DNA of 64,000 nt, taken from NCBI RefSeq assembly GCF_964204645.1, contig NC_134032.1, positions 10,032,275 to 10,096,274 of the forward strand, written 5' to 3'. This DNA is from Tubulanus polymorphus. Its lineage: Eukaryota > Animalia > Nemertea. This document shows positions 22,994 to 36,062 of the stretch, piece after piece. Position 1 is the stretch's first letter. Every line of letters begins with the position of its first letter. The position numbers and the translations under genes were made by a program. Under the pieces are notes generated by a model, which was given only the letters and a program-made list of their open reading frames with translations, was not told where the DNA came from and made no database searches.

Positions 22994-25900
22994 ATGTCGA
23001 AATTGTTGGCGTTGATGTTTGTCTGTGGACTCGCGGTCCACGCGCATGCCTGTAAGTATAATCATAATGATGATGATGATAATTTCAGTGGTAATGCTAA
23101 TTATCTTGTTAGTATCATCGAAATGAAATAGTGTAAAACAACATTTCACGAGTAAGAAAATAGAGTTCGGTGTTATGACCATGAACCTTTGTTTTCAGTC
23201 GTCGCTGACAGGCGCTGACGATTGCAACGTCAGTGATTTCCCCCTTTACTCTGCTCTCTCTCTCTCCCTCCTCTCGACACTCACCTTTAGATCGCCTTGC
23301 TTCCCTTGTCGCCCTTTCTTTCCTCTTCCCTGTTTCCCTACAAACACATGTCTGTTTCTCACCTCCTCTCATCTCTCCTCTCCCAACTTCTCACCTCCTC
23401 ACGCTATCCCTCCTTTCACTATCTCACTCACTTTACCCTCTTCGCCATCTCGTTCCCCTTCTCTCTCTCGTCGGCTTCTTCTCGTTTCTGTTCTCATTTT
23501 TCTTTGTTATTCACATCATGACCCGACATTTCGACGAAGAAGCCGTTTTTTAACGCTTAACGTATCATGAAATATTTACTTTCAGTTATTGCGGGAATTC
23601 AACAAAGTATGTAAGTAATTCAAGACTTCGACGACGACGATTCTCCTCAAAAATGATAAATATCAACAACATTTTAATTCACCAAAGACTGGACTGCATG
23701 CAATATTTCGTTTTGTTTCAGGGATGAAGCGAACGGAATTTCTAAAAGAATTGCAGAATTCGCAGAAGAGAAACGCAACAACCAAGATAGGTACATACCG
23801 AGATCGTTTAAAGTTCTAAATCGAACTGATTCTATATTCTATAAAAATCCCCCCACATAATGGCATCACGCTCCCAGAAACGATGGCTGCCAACTTGAAC
23901 TGTCAATCAATTACTTATACTTTGTTAAATGGCTACTTTTGAAGAAGTCATGGGGTGATAACTTTTTTGTTACGTTCCCATCATTTTTATGATTTAATAA
24001 GTTCGGTTGACATAGCGGCCATCATTTTGTTGGCCATATTATCTTTCCGCCAGTTGGTATCATTTCGTTTTCATTCGTGATTTTAAACCTATTTGATTGA
24101 AGACAAAAGGCCGCAGAATTATTCAAACGAAAAGCTGGAACGTTTTCTATTGATTTTTGACAGCTCTTCGGCCGAAGACGAAAGCGAAGAATTATTCAAA
24201 AGAATAGCTGAGAGTTTACAGGCGAGTTTTCAATCCGAGAACAACGATGACGAGAAACGAACAGTGTAAGCTTTGGGTTCGAGCCCCAGTTCCAACAGCA
24301 CATAATTTATTAACTTTTTGTAATTTTTTGTTACATTTCAATTTCTTAATGACAAACCCCGTGTTTGTAATATCTGAATCCACAAATCCCCCTATGACAT
24401 CATCGTTGTGATTCGTCGAAATGATAAGATGGAGCCTGGAGGCTGAAAATAAGATGAACCCCATTTCGATTTAGAGATTAGAATGTCTCATGTAAGTCCA
24501 ATGGAATATTTGATGCCTCTTATGAGATACGTATCTATATCCTCTCATTTTAGGGGCAAAACGGACAGTGGAGAAGAAAATGCTGAGAAACGGGATGCAG
24601 ATTGTTGTTGGTAAGAATCTATCAATGCACTAAACCTCATTGATTACCAAACAACATTAGAAAAGCGAATGCCGTATAAAAAGTTGTTCAGAAATAACGT
24701 TACATGACGCATGAGGGCTGCAATATAACATTTGTAGTAAAACAAGTCAGAATTTCTCTAAAAAGTGTTATTAGTTGAACTTACGTACCGAGTTCGAACC
24801 CCACTTTAACAGTCCCATTTCTGACTTCCTGACATGTTATTCTCTCCTTTTGGAAATTATACAGGGGTTCACAGGAAGAGGAAGGTACCGGTTTAGTGAA
24901 AAGATTAGCCGACAGTCTGCAGGCGTCGTTAAAAGAGGCAGAAGCACAAAACCCGTAAGTTTCGGGACCCCAGTTCAACCAACTACTAAAAACCCCATTT
25001 AGATCGATTGCAAATGTCGTACACAACACATTTCGTTAGCATCGATGTCCTAATGCACACTTAACCGTCTATAGTGGATATAAATTATGTATAGCTTGCC
25101 TGCAGTGAAATCCTCCTGTCACAGTCGTCTGAAAGCCCATTTCGATTTAGAGATTTTGAGGAGTCTTAACTGTCAAAATTTCGAACTTTTAATTGAACAG
25201 TGCTAACAATGAAACCTTGAGATATCTGCAATATCGATTTATTCGGGCTCGGCTTCGGACAGTAGCATCGTAGGCTAATTTCTAGGCTAGAAACATTGAT
25301 ATCTTGTTTCTCCATTTGGCTAGCTTAAAAGTTGACCCGGCCAACCACCTATTTACCTTGTAGATTACTTTAAAAAAAATCATGACCGAGTCTCAGATCC
25401 GACAAAAACGAATTGATCACACAAATTGCATTTTACAAAATTACCCGGCCGATTCGGAGAAACAACATGTCATTTTTGTTTAGCCTTACAAGACTAGGCT
25501 GATAATTTTCATCAAAAAGGCACGCCATTCCTCAGGAGTTCCTCCTTATTCACTGGAAACTATATCCCGATAATTTTCCAGAATGCACTCTGCATCAGGA
25601 TTTCATTTATCGGATTAGAAATTGCACCAAAAAGCAGTAAATGTTCAGGGGAACTCCCTCGTTTGTCATGGATTATGTTATGCCCCGTTTAGCTCAGCTG
25701 TGACCGAAGGTCAGCGGAGCCGATGGGTTATGGGATTATCCGTCGTCGTCGGTCGTCTGTCCGGCCGTCAACTTTGGCTTCAATTCGCTACTAGTCCTAC
25801 AGTTTTAAAAAGATCAATTCCAAATTTAGTGTGAATGTTCTATGGACCAAAGCCTATAAAGTCATAGACCCATTTTTTATTTGTCCCCCAGGGGCGCCCC

Positions 25901-28899
25901 TGGGGGTGGAGTTTCTGTCTATTCAAATCGCTTCTAGTCCTACAGTTTTAATCAGATCAAGTCCAAATTTGGTATGAATGTTCTATAGACCAATAACTAC
26001 AAAACAAAGTACAGAGCCCTTTTAGGAATTGGTATGCAGGTTCTATTTCGTCAAATCACACAGCGGAGCTATGTAAGCCGATAGACTCCTTGTTATAAGT
26101 TGTGCTACCCTCAACAGTGTTCCCTGGAACGCTCCTGGTACTGGACAGCGGAGACGCCGAATTTTGTTGAGTTAATCAATCAGTTAAACAAATAACCTCA
26201 AATATCCATGATTTCTTCGTCTTATCTTTACAGAGATTCAGGGGAAGAAGAGGAGAAACGAGCGCCGTAAGTATTGGGTTCGAACCCCAAATCAAACAGA
26301 ATAGAATAGACATTGAGGTCCCTTTATGATATCATCAAATTGTGACATTTTACAGCGATTCACAGGAAGAGGAAGGTGCCGATTTAGTGAGAAGAATTGC
26401 CGATAGCCTACAGGCGTCGTTACAAGACGTGGAAAAACAAAACCCGTAAGTTTTGGGACCCCACTTTAAAAAACTACTAAAGATTCCATTTGAATGGATT
26501 TGACAAATCGGACATTTACCGTGCCAACGGCTATTTTGCAAATGTCGTACAGTACACAACAAATTTTAGTTTGCATCCATTTCCTAATGCACAATTTTAC
26601 CGTCAGTGGATATATCATATAGCTTGCCTCGAGTGAAATCCTCGGTTGCCACAGTCGCCTGCAGTGTCCTTGTTGTAAACTTCAAGAGTCGGTTGCATCC
26701 TTACCGTCGGTTAAAATGTTAAGCTTAAACCGCTGGTTCAATCACTTAACCAATGATTTTAGATAACCAATGGGGTTATGCGAAGTTCTTAACACGGTTA
26801 TCTCCGCCAGAAGTTTTGGAAAAGTGGCCCTTTTGCTAATGTTTTTGTCATATCCTATAGTACTGTCCTTTTCGGGTTACTCTGCCCCACCCCAAAAAAT
26901 TAATATGCTGGTACGCCCCTGGAACCTATTGGGTTACGCGAAGTTCTTAGCCGGTGGTTGAGAACATATTCTGTACTGGTTAATCAGATCAACTAAGTGC
27001 AACCGGCCTCAGGTTATCCCAATTGACCTCTCTAATCCCATTATCGTCGTTGCAATTCGTCCGACAGTTATAGAAATGAACTGATCACAAATTGCCAAAT
27101 TACCCAGCCGATTTGGAGAAACAGCGTAATTTTTCCTTAGCCTTACACGACGAGGCGGATTAATTTCAACGAGAAGGCTCACCATTCTTTAGGATTTCAT
27201 TTTATTGCCTAAAAACTACATCTACAATGCAGTAAATTTTCTAGAATGCACTCTGCATCGGGACTTCATTTATCAATTATCGCTATATGAATTAATTCAT
27301 CATTATTATTATTATATCATTATCATCTGGAAATTGCACCAATAAGCAGTAAATGTTCAGGGATACTCCCTCGTTTGTCATGGATTATGTATGCCCTTTT
27401 TATAAGTTGTGTTCCCCGGAACGCCCCTGGTTTACTGTACAGCAGAGACGCCGAATTTTGTGAGTTAATCAATCAGTAAAACACATACTTAACCCTGAAA
27501 TATCCACGATTTCTTCGTCTGATTTTTACAGAGATTCAGAGGAAGAAGAGGAGAAACGAGAGCTGTAAGTATTGGGTTTGAACCTCGATTCAAACAGAAT
27601 AAAATAGACATCGAGATGGTCCCTCTATGATATCATCAAATTACCCGTAACACGCATCCTGAAAGATGACTGCTTCTATTGAATTTTATCTTAACTTGAT
27701 GTGTCTGTTAAAATGAATTGCTAATGCCATAATAGACGTTTGCTAATGTAATGATAGACGTTACAGGTAATTTTCAATGATGTGTTTATGTTCGGTTTTA
27801 GACCCAGTCGCCCGATGGATCCGTTCAAACGTGGCCTCGAAAAACTCGTCGACGATGCAAAACGAAAAGCGGAAGAAAATGCAATCGAGTCGAAATCGGA
27901 AGACATTTTCAAACGCCAGGCAGAGGCGATGGCTGACGTCATTAGCATCAAACGATCCCTAGAAAAGAGGTACGTAAAGTTGAGTAGTCCAAACTTAAAA
28001 GTTTCCAGATTTCAAGAATTCAAAAATATATCTTAACAAGATAACTAGATTTATTGATGCCTTGAAGAAAAACGTATGTATTGCTTCGTGTGTCGACAAT
28101 ATATAATATAATTTCAATTAAGTAATTCTAAGGATCAATGAAGTTATTTTGGATTTCAAAATATCGATAATTGAATTGGATTGACCGGCAACCGTGATGA
28201 CGTAGTGCGCATCCTGTCAAAAATTATTGAAATTTATCAAAAATAAAATAAGAGTTACGAAATATAATTACAAAATAAATGCCAAGATTCATAATTGTAA
28301 TTGTTGTTTTGCAACGCCAGTGTTGATGACGTAGTACACATCTACTCGCACAGAACTCCTTGAATATCGCATATAGGTATCATGAAAATAATTATAACGG
28401 TTTTTACGGCGTCAAAAACAACATAAAAGAGAACAACTTTTACAGAGCAAAAAGTACGATGATATGCATTTTAAAATGCTCATTTAGTAGCATTTGATGT
28501 ACAGGTACGCCAGGTGAGCGATTGTGGGAGAGCTTGTTTTTTTCAGGTATCCGCACATGAAACTGAACATCACAGATGCAACCATTACACTTTATTTCTT
28601 TCATCAGGGAATCGGAACTCGAGAAAATTCTGGAAGGCGCCGAAGAAGACGCGAACGTGGCTGACGACCAACCAGACGACATCGTGGTGGACGCTGATAA
28701 ACGAGCTTGTCGTGGTTACGGTAAACCGTGCTCCGGTACGGTCTTTAAAAAGTGCTGCGGTAAACTGCTGTGTCACAAGCCACACGCTAACAGGTTCGGC
28801 ACGTGCGCCATGTGCAAAGGTTTCGAATCGATCTGCTGGAAGGATTCTGAATGTTGTCTCGGGTATACGTGTAGTTGGTTCAGATGCAAACCCGTTTAA
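22994..28899 (+). CDS. Complete double-knot (2x ICK) toxin-like precursor B, 338 aa. Exons: 22994-23051, 23586-23610, 23722-23790, 24164-24265, 24554-24610, 24865-24954, 26234-26266, 26356-26445, 27532-27564, 27802-27969, 28608-28899
   Basis: Signal peptide MSKLLALMFVCGLAVHAHA. All junctions are AG/GT and sum to 1017 nt with no stop. Acidic KR-rich pro-region. Mature peptide 28705-28896 ACRGYGKPCSGTVFKKCCGKLLCHKPHANRFGTCAMCKGFESICWKDSECCLGYTCSWFRCKPV. Confidence 0.85.
25690..26093. mobile_element. Non-autonomous Helentron-associated (HINE/DINE-1-like) element in an intron of gene B
   Basis: 5' TAGCTCAGCTG and inverted 3' CAGCGGAGCTA, short GTC/CCGT microsatellite, internal repeat (CTAGTCCTACAGTTTTAA x2), T-rich insertion site. 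Absent from the duplicated intron near 27395. Confidence 0.7.
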
Positions 28900-30341
28900 A
28901 TTTGGAGAAGGCGTTAGGTCCTGATTTCATAGACGGGTCGGGTCCAGTTCCACAGTTGTTAGTGTTAAATTTGACTGTAGACTATTAAAGTCGTAAGGGC
29001 CAGTTTCGCTTTACTCTGGATCCAGATCCTCAGTTCTGTGTTAATTTCATCCAGTTCCACGTTGTTACTTTACTTTGACTCCAGGTCTTTGAAACAGGAA
29101 CCTGCATCTTTAAAAGCTGTATATATCAATTAAAATCAAAGATGAAAAATTCATATTTCATTCCAAAATTGAAATCAGAGTATAGATATTTAACCACCAG
29201 AGTATCAGAATCCTACGTTTTTGTAACAGCCTTTTTGAATGGTCAGCATCTAAGGCATTTAAGATATTCGACCAATTCGATGATTATTTATAAAAGCCCG
29301 ATTTCTTACTTTCGTGGTTATGATGAAATGTCTGATTTCTACGTTTTGTCTGTGGATTAAGCTCGGTGTCTCTCTTTTCTTTAAAAGCGTTTAGTTTGAA
29401 TATTTGAATATAGTAGATAACTAGTCCGTAAGAAGTTTATATTCAGAAATATCTAGAAAATAAAGATTATCGTAAAAAAGAGCCTCGTTGCGTTCACTAG
29501 CAATCAGCGGAAGGGGTTTGAATTTCAACGACTGTCAGATTTTTTTTACCGGTACGTGTATCTGGCCCGGTGACGGGAAGTTATTGATATGAGAAACGTG
29601 TGTGAGTGTGCGGAGTATATCCCCTCTTCTTATAACTGTGGCGGGAGTAAATAACTGCCACAAACATATTCTTGGTAAATTCCGCCGCAGCTGCGAGGAC
29701 AGTGAACGGCTAGATATAAGGGCATTAGCGTTCTTGGTGATATAGTATAAAGATGGAAAATATCGTTTGATATTCTGTAGAAAACGATACACATGACCTG
29801 ATCATGCAAACCCCTGTGAACTATGGGACCTTATATGGTCAGAATGGTCTTGAGATACTAGCTATTGTTTTTTTTGTTTCGTCTTCAGACAAGGATTGAC
29901 CCTATTATTCATTTGAAAGGTCTTGCTGTTGTCTGAGTTTAACGATGACGTTGTCTTCACGGGCATAATACCCAGAGGCACGCGCCTCACAACCGACTTA
30001 TTCACAACCGAATTTTTTTTCTTGAGCTAGGAACTGCGATATTTCCACTAAACCAGCAGCGGTAAAAACAAAGGAGTTTCTCGATGACACCAGGTGTAAT
30101 ACTATGACGCTATAAATTTTGCCTAAAGACTTGCTGGAAGACGAGAGTCAGTATTGTGGCTGGATGGGCCCTCTCGTTTTTCCCGCTGGTGTTGATTCTT
30201 ACGGATCGCTTCTTTTGGCAAACACTCACCCTCCCTATAGCTATCTTTGTTGCCTCCATCTACATCCGTTCGCCAAAGTCATTTCCTCCCAATACTCTAT
30301 AGTGGACGAGTATACAGGAGCAGTTGATGTCACCGGAGAAA

Positions 30342-30604
30342 CATCCTCCCTCGGCAGGGATTCGAACCTGATGACATCGCACGAATCCCTGCCACACTAG
30401 ACCGGGTGCGCAGGTACATGCGCGGCTTTGCCACGCGAAAATTTGAGGTACCAATCAGATTGCTCGTTGTATAATCGCTGAGGTAAATTTCACGGAATAA
30501 CTATAAATGGGAAAACCCGGGCTAAAATAAAACGAAATATCTGATTGGCTAATAATGACTAACGCATCGATGCCATCAGGTTCGAATCCCTGCCGGGGAT
30601 GATG
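30342..30604. mobile_element. Second copy of the CATCCTCCC-TIR MITE
   Basis: Matches 15431-15780; inverted ends CATCCTCCCTCGGCAGGGATTCGAACCTGATG / CATCAGGTTCGAATCCCTGCCGGGGATGATG. Confidence 0.8.
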
Positions 30605-31199
30605 CCGGGAAACGGATACTAACTTGCCTGAACGATGCTTGACAAGAGAAATGTCATACTACTAGCTCCTGAATCTGGAATCGGACCTGCTTACCAGGGG
30701 AGAGTCATCAGGACTCCATCAGACGCCAATTAAGGCGTGGTTGTGTTTGTGTGTGAATAATGTATGCGTGCGTGTGTTCGTGACATGGTCAGCAAACAAC
30801 ACGAGGACTCAAAACAGCCACATCGCCCTGACAAAAATATTCTTATATAAATCTTCCTGAGCGTTATTTGTCTATGAATCCGATGTGAATTACTGAAACG
30901 CGTGTTACGAGGCAATTCGTTGTCGACAACAAGTTTTAATAAAGTTGTCAACGACGATTATGTCGCTTCTGGTATCGAGTTTATCACGCGAAAACACGTG
31001 TTACTTTAATAAGCCAATATCCATCGGATCCGACAGTGATTCAGAATATTTTCAATAACGCACCTGGTCTATTTGTGTGGAGCTACATTAATCGATTAAT
31101 AATATTACCAATATACTGATCGATAAAAGAGATTAAAAGGCACAAATTTGTATCCAAATGATATCGATCATAAGTTGTTCTCCTTCGTCACCACGCATT

Positions 31200-31387
31200 T
31201 GACGTCAATCGATTTTTAAATATTCGCATCTGATTGGACACTGGCGTTAAGGTAGGACGACTCGTCCTCTTCTGATTGGACAGTGTACGCGCAGTTTTGC
31301 CTATAAACTTACCGGCTCTGCTCTTTTTCGCTATTCACGCTACGTATTGAAAGATTCTACATTGTTGCGGTGAAATTGAAAGTAAGT
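31200..31387 (+). promoter_or_regulatory. Pol II promoter and non-coding first exon of the Ser/Glu-rich protein gene
   Basis: CRE palindrome TGACGTCA 31200-31207, reverse CCAAT boxes (ATTGG) at 31233 and 31275, TATAAA 31302-31307, donor GTAAGT at 31382. Confidence 0.65.
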
Positions 31388-31859
31388 TTGTGTCTTAAAT
31401 TCATTCAGGTCGCCTAAAACAACTAAGCCGTTATTTCTAAGCGTTACTCAACGTATGCAGTCGATCTCAAATTCTCATTCAAAATCTATTCGTTATTTTT
31501 TTCATATTCAATGAATGACAAATGAAAATTGATCCATGTATGGTCGATTGAAATCGATATGACCTATTACTATGCGTGCCTTTTAGTAGTTGGGCCCTCA
31601 ACCGAATTCATTGTAATAATTCGAAGCTGAATCTGCACTGCTAGAAATTATTAGTTAAATAAACGGTGTGAAATTAAACTAAAGGAGTATAATCATAATC
31701 TATGGTCGACACAATCGAGGACAGTTTATACCGAAAAAAAATTTTAATTTTTGAAAAATCACATCATCGATTTAAGCTAAATGTTTCCCACCGAATTCGC
31801 TAATTTCATTCTACTCTTCATCGTTTCATTTTTATTTCGTATCCTCAGAATCTACAAAG

Positions 31860-34800
31860 ATGGCATCGACAAAAGTCATTTGTTTGTTCCTCATGATGGC
31901 GATACTGGTCTTACACGTGACTGAAACTGGTAAGTTCATATACCGGGGCGCTCTAAATCGACGACTTAATTACTCCATTGATTCTCTTAATGACATCATC
32001 AAATTGTGTTCCTTACACTTCCTGTAAATATGGTAGTTTCCATGAATGTAGCAGTCATCTTTTCTTGAAGTATCTAAAAGGCACATTTTGATGATGCCAT
32101 ATGGTCACAGCCATATTTGCGAGGAAAGGGTCTTTTGGGTATTACACTCTTAGCACAAAGGGTTCTTCGGGGGTTCTTTGAAGAACCCGAGGGTTATTAG
32201 AGTTCAAATCTTCGGTAATATAGAATGCAGATGACGTCATGGGACGGGCCGTCTTTAATTCACTTTCAAAATGACGTCATCTGCGAGCACGTCATCACTC
32301 TCGTCAAAGAGTGTTTTTCAAATTATATCTTTTGAATTCCTTTCTTTTAACTACAGCCGGTGAACTGAGATCACGCGATGAAGGTGCAGTAGGGGGTAAG
32401 AAGCATTTTTCATCTAAGAAAGTCGGAGAAAAATATATAATTTGATTTACTCTTCAGATATATAAAAAGATAAATATTCTTAAGAATATCTAATTGAAAA
32501 AATTCTGACGCAGGAAAGACATTCTATCATTGCCATTTTAAAAATCATTCAAAATGGCCGCCGTTGAAAATGATAAACATTTATAGAAATCAGTTTGTCT
32601 GTGTTTTTGTTTTCACGCAGAAAATAAATTAGTATATAATAAGTATATAACCCCGTACATTACCGTAGTATCCTCGGGCAAGTCACTTATCCTCATTGCG
32701 TCTCTCCACCCAGGAGTAAATGGGTACCTGGCCTGATAGATGACTGATACATGGAAATAGAGTGATAAGGCTGGGAGTGCATTTAAACTAGACTCTGTTT
32801 GCGATACCTGCGCTATATTAATGACATTATTATCATTATTATTATCAATTATGTTTCTGGAAGCTACATAAAATAGATATAACTTTCGTCGGGCTGGTGC
32901 CACCCCTGCTGGTATCAAAATTAAAATTTCATTTTCTCTGCTGAGAACAATTAATAAAAGATTACACAAAAAAAATGATTGTTACAATACTAGACCAACA
33001 CGGGATGAACCAAGTTGGCTGCGACCAAATAGGGGGAGGGGGTCCAGTGCCCTGTGGAAACCTTGGACCCAATACTATTTTTCTGGCATTTATTCCCTAT
33101 AGGTGAGGAACCGGTAGAATCACAAGAATCTTCGCTGTCCTCGGAATCGGCATTATCTTCAGAATCGGCAGAATCGGCAGAATCGACAGAATCGTCAGAA
33201 TCGGCAGAATCGGCAGAATCTTCAGAATCGGCAGAATCGTTAGAATCGACAAGCATCAGCAGTGAGTAGGATAGGCGCCCCAAAAGGATAAGCCCAAAAT
33301 TTTTTTCGTATTCTGAAAATGCATTTCTATGTACGGACTTTTTTCTGCCTTTTTCTGGAAACTACAGAAAAGAGATATAACTTTCGTCGGGCTGGTGCCA
33401 CACCTGCTGGTATCAAAATGCAAAATTTCATTTTCTCTGCTGAGAACAATTTAAAAGATTACACAAAAAAAATGATTGTTACAATACTAGACCAACACGG
33501 GATGAACCAAGTTGGCTGCGACCAAATAGGGGGGGGGGGGGGGTCCAGTGCCCTGTGGAAACCTTGGACCCAATACTATTTTTCTGGCATTTATTCCCTA
33601 TAGGCGAAGAACCGGTAGAATCACAAGAATCTTCGCTGTCGGCGGAATCGGCATTATCTTCAGAATCGGCAGAATCGACAGAATCTTCAGAATCGGCAGA
33701 ATCGTTAGAATCGACAAGCATCAGCAGTGAGTAGGGTAGGCGCCCCAAAAGGATAAGCCCAACATTTTTTTCGCATTCTGAAAATGCATTTTTATGTACG
33801 GACTTTTTTCTGCCTTTTTCTGGAAACTACAGAAAAGAGATATAACTTTCGTCGGGCTGGTGCCACACCTGCTGGTATCAAAATGCAAAATTTCATTTTC
33901 TCTGCTGAGAACAATTTAAAAGATTACACAAAAAAAAATGATTGTTACAATACTAGACCAACACGGGATGAACCAAGTTGGCTGCGACCAAATAGGGGGG
34001 GGGGGTCCAGTGCCCTGTGGAAACCTTGGACCCAATACTATTTTTCTGGCATTTATTCCCTATAGGCGAAGAACCGGTAGAATCACAAGAATCTTCGCTG
34101 TCGGCGGAATCGGCATTATCTTCAGAATCGGCAGAATCGACAGAATCTTCAGAATCGGCAGAATCGTTAGAATCGACAAGCATCAGCAGTGAGTAGGGTA
34201 GGCGCCCCAAAAGGATAAGCCCAACATTTTTTTCGTATTCTGAAAATGCATTTTTATGTACGGACTTTTTTCTGCCTTTTTCTGGAAACTACAGAAAAGA
34301 GATATAACTTTCGTCGGGCTGGTGCCACACCTGCTGGTATCAAAATGCAAAATTTCATTTTCTCTGCTGGGAACAATTTAAAAGATTACACAAAAAATGA
34401 TTATTACAATACAAGACCAGCACGGGATGAACCAAGTTGGCTGGGTTACAGTGCCCTGTGGAAACCTTGGACCTAATACTATTTTTCTGGCATTTATTCC
34501 CTATAGGCGAAGAACCGGTAGAATCACAAGAATCTTCGCTGTCGGCGGAATCGGCAGAATCTTTAGAATCGGCAGAATCACCAGATTCCCCAGAATCGCC
34601 AGAATCTTCACAATCGGCAGAATCGGCACGGTCGGCAAGATCGACAAGCCTCAGCAGTGAGTCGGGTAGGTGCCCCAAAAAGGATAAGCCCAAATTTTTT
34701 TTCGTATTCGGAAAATGCATTTTTTATGTACGGACTTTTTCTGCCTTTTTGGGGCGTTCGTCATAACCCCTTTAACCACCAACGCTATACTGGCCTTGTA

Positions 34801-35059
34801 AGATGCAATCCAGAATGTACATACCATTTTCAATGTCAGATTGATTGTAGAACAAAGGCTAGCTTCAATTGGTCTCAAATCTAAGCCTTGACTGTTGTTG
34901 AATAGAGGAACCAAGACCTGCGTGTATCAACGTTAACCCTTTTTCATTTACAAAATAAAGAATTCTTTAACAGAATCAAATTCGAAAAACGTTAAAAATG
35001 TACATAATAGAATATATTTCTTTTTCCCACCACTCAAAGCGTCGAGCCAGGGAGATTAA
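31860..35059 (+). CDS. Secreted Ser/Glu-rich acidic repeat protein (~227 aa). Exons: 31860-31929, 32357-32395, 33103-33261, 33604-33726, 34066-34188, 34507-34656, tentative last exon 35040-35059
   Basis: Signal peptide MASTKVICLFLMMAILVLHVTETA. Phase 1-1 exons with TAG/CAG acceptors and GTAAG/GTGAGT donors. (S/A)ES tripeptide repeats. The last exon (TSSQGD*) uses an AAG acceptor and is uncertain. Confidence 0.7.
32855..34750. repeat. Four tandem exon+intron units (periods 501, 462, 441 bp), each with a 9-bp GAATCGGCA minisatellite
   Basis: Direct sequence repetition. Confidence 0.95.
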
Positions 35060-36062
35060 GGGAAGAACTCAGAACCACAAAATATCAATAAGATCTTCAA
35101 AAAGGTAACATTAGCACACGAAGACTTCATCAAGACTTTTACTTTGATAACGAATTAAATTACGATTGTACTCGATTGATATTTCATCATCCCTTCGTAT
35201 AAACATAATTATGACGTCATCATCTACTCGTTTGCATAACAAAAAAATCCGGTAGGTGTCTCCACGTTACGAGTGCGCTGAGCGGGCATTTCAGTATCAC
35301 GCGGGAAGCGCATATGCAGTAGTAACCAATTGCAGATGATATTAATGACATCAAGGAATCTAGTGATTAGAGATTAGAGATCCGAAAGAAAAGTCTTTCT
35401 GAATGTATGTTCCATGATAGCGGTAGATCAACAGGATGTCGACGAAACTATGAATCGAAACCTTACAACATGATATTTTTATTTTTCCAGCAACAGACTT
35501 GGCCGCCATTTGAAAATTCAGAGATATCAATTCTAGATACAAAAATAGTCGAAACTATGTATAACATTTCGAAATAGAGAAGCTACCGACAAAAAAGTTT
35601 TCCTCAATTGATTAGCTAGTTTTTTCACGTACGTCCTTCGTTTAACTGGTGTTGTAATGAGCATCCCGAACAAAAGAAAAACGAACTTGTTCGAACAAAG
35701 GATTCACTTCTAAGAGATCGTACCTAGCAGTGATTCCACTGCCGGGGGTTCACTGCCGATAAGAACGCTATTTACGGCAATTAACCTAAGTACGTATTCA
35801 AAGGCCTTACACAAATACAGGTGTAAGACCCGTGACTGAGGGACTCGATACTGAGAGACTCGATATGTTACGAAGGAGAATACAGTCTCGAATCGAACTC
35901 TTCATTGAGTTATTTCTGAATCCCAGATTATAGCTGCGATCACACGAATGTTTTAATTCCGTGCCAAATTTGGCTCGGAACGTCACTGTTCACACTGGTG
36001 CGTAATGGGCCCGTGCCCGGATTTGATTCACTCGGGGCTTTGTTAAGTATTGTTAAGTATTA

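Noticed and set aside
23115-23570. Several ORFs over a CT-rich tract
   Set aside because: Low-complexity intron 1 of gene B.
30730-30830. Minus-strand Cys-containing stretch GRCGCFESSCC after an acceptor-like site
   Set aside because: Does not fit the six-Cys knot pattern and no signal exon was found.
32990-34720. Minus-strand DSADSEDS ORFs resembling dentin sialophosphoprotein repeats
   Set aside because: Antisense shadow of the plus-strand exons. Promoter, signal exon and splice sites are all on the plus strand.
34657-34766. Read-through peptide GRCPKKDKPKFFFVFGKCIFYVRTFSAFLGRSS as a possible hairpin peptide
   Set aside because: It lies after a GTGAGT donor in a small inverted repeat (GCCCCAAAAAGG...CCTTTTTGGGGC), and the other three copies have a stop here. 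Most likely intron; not fully excluded.
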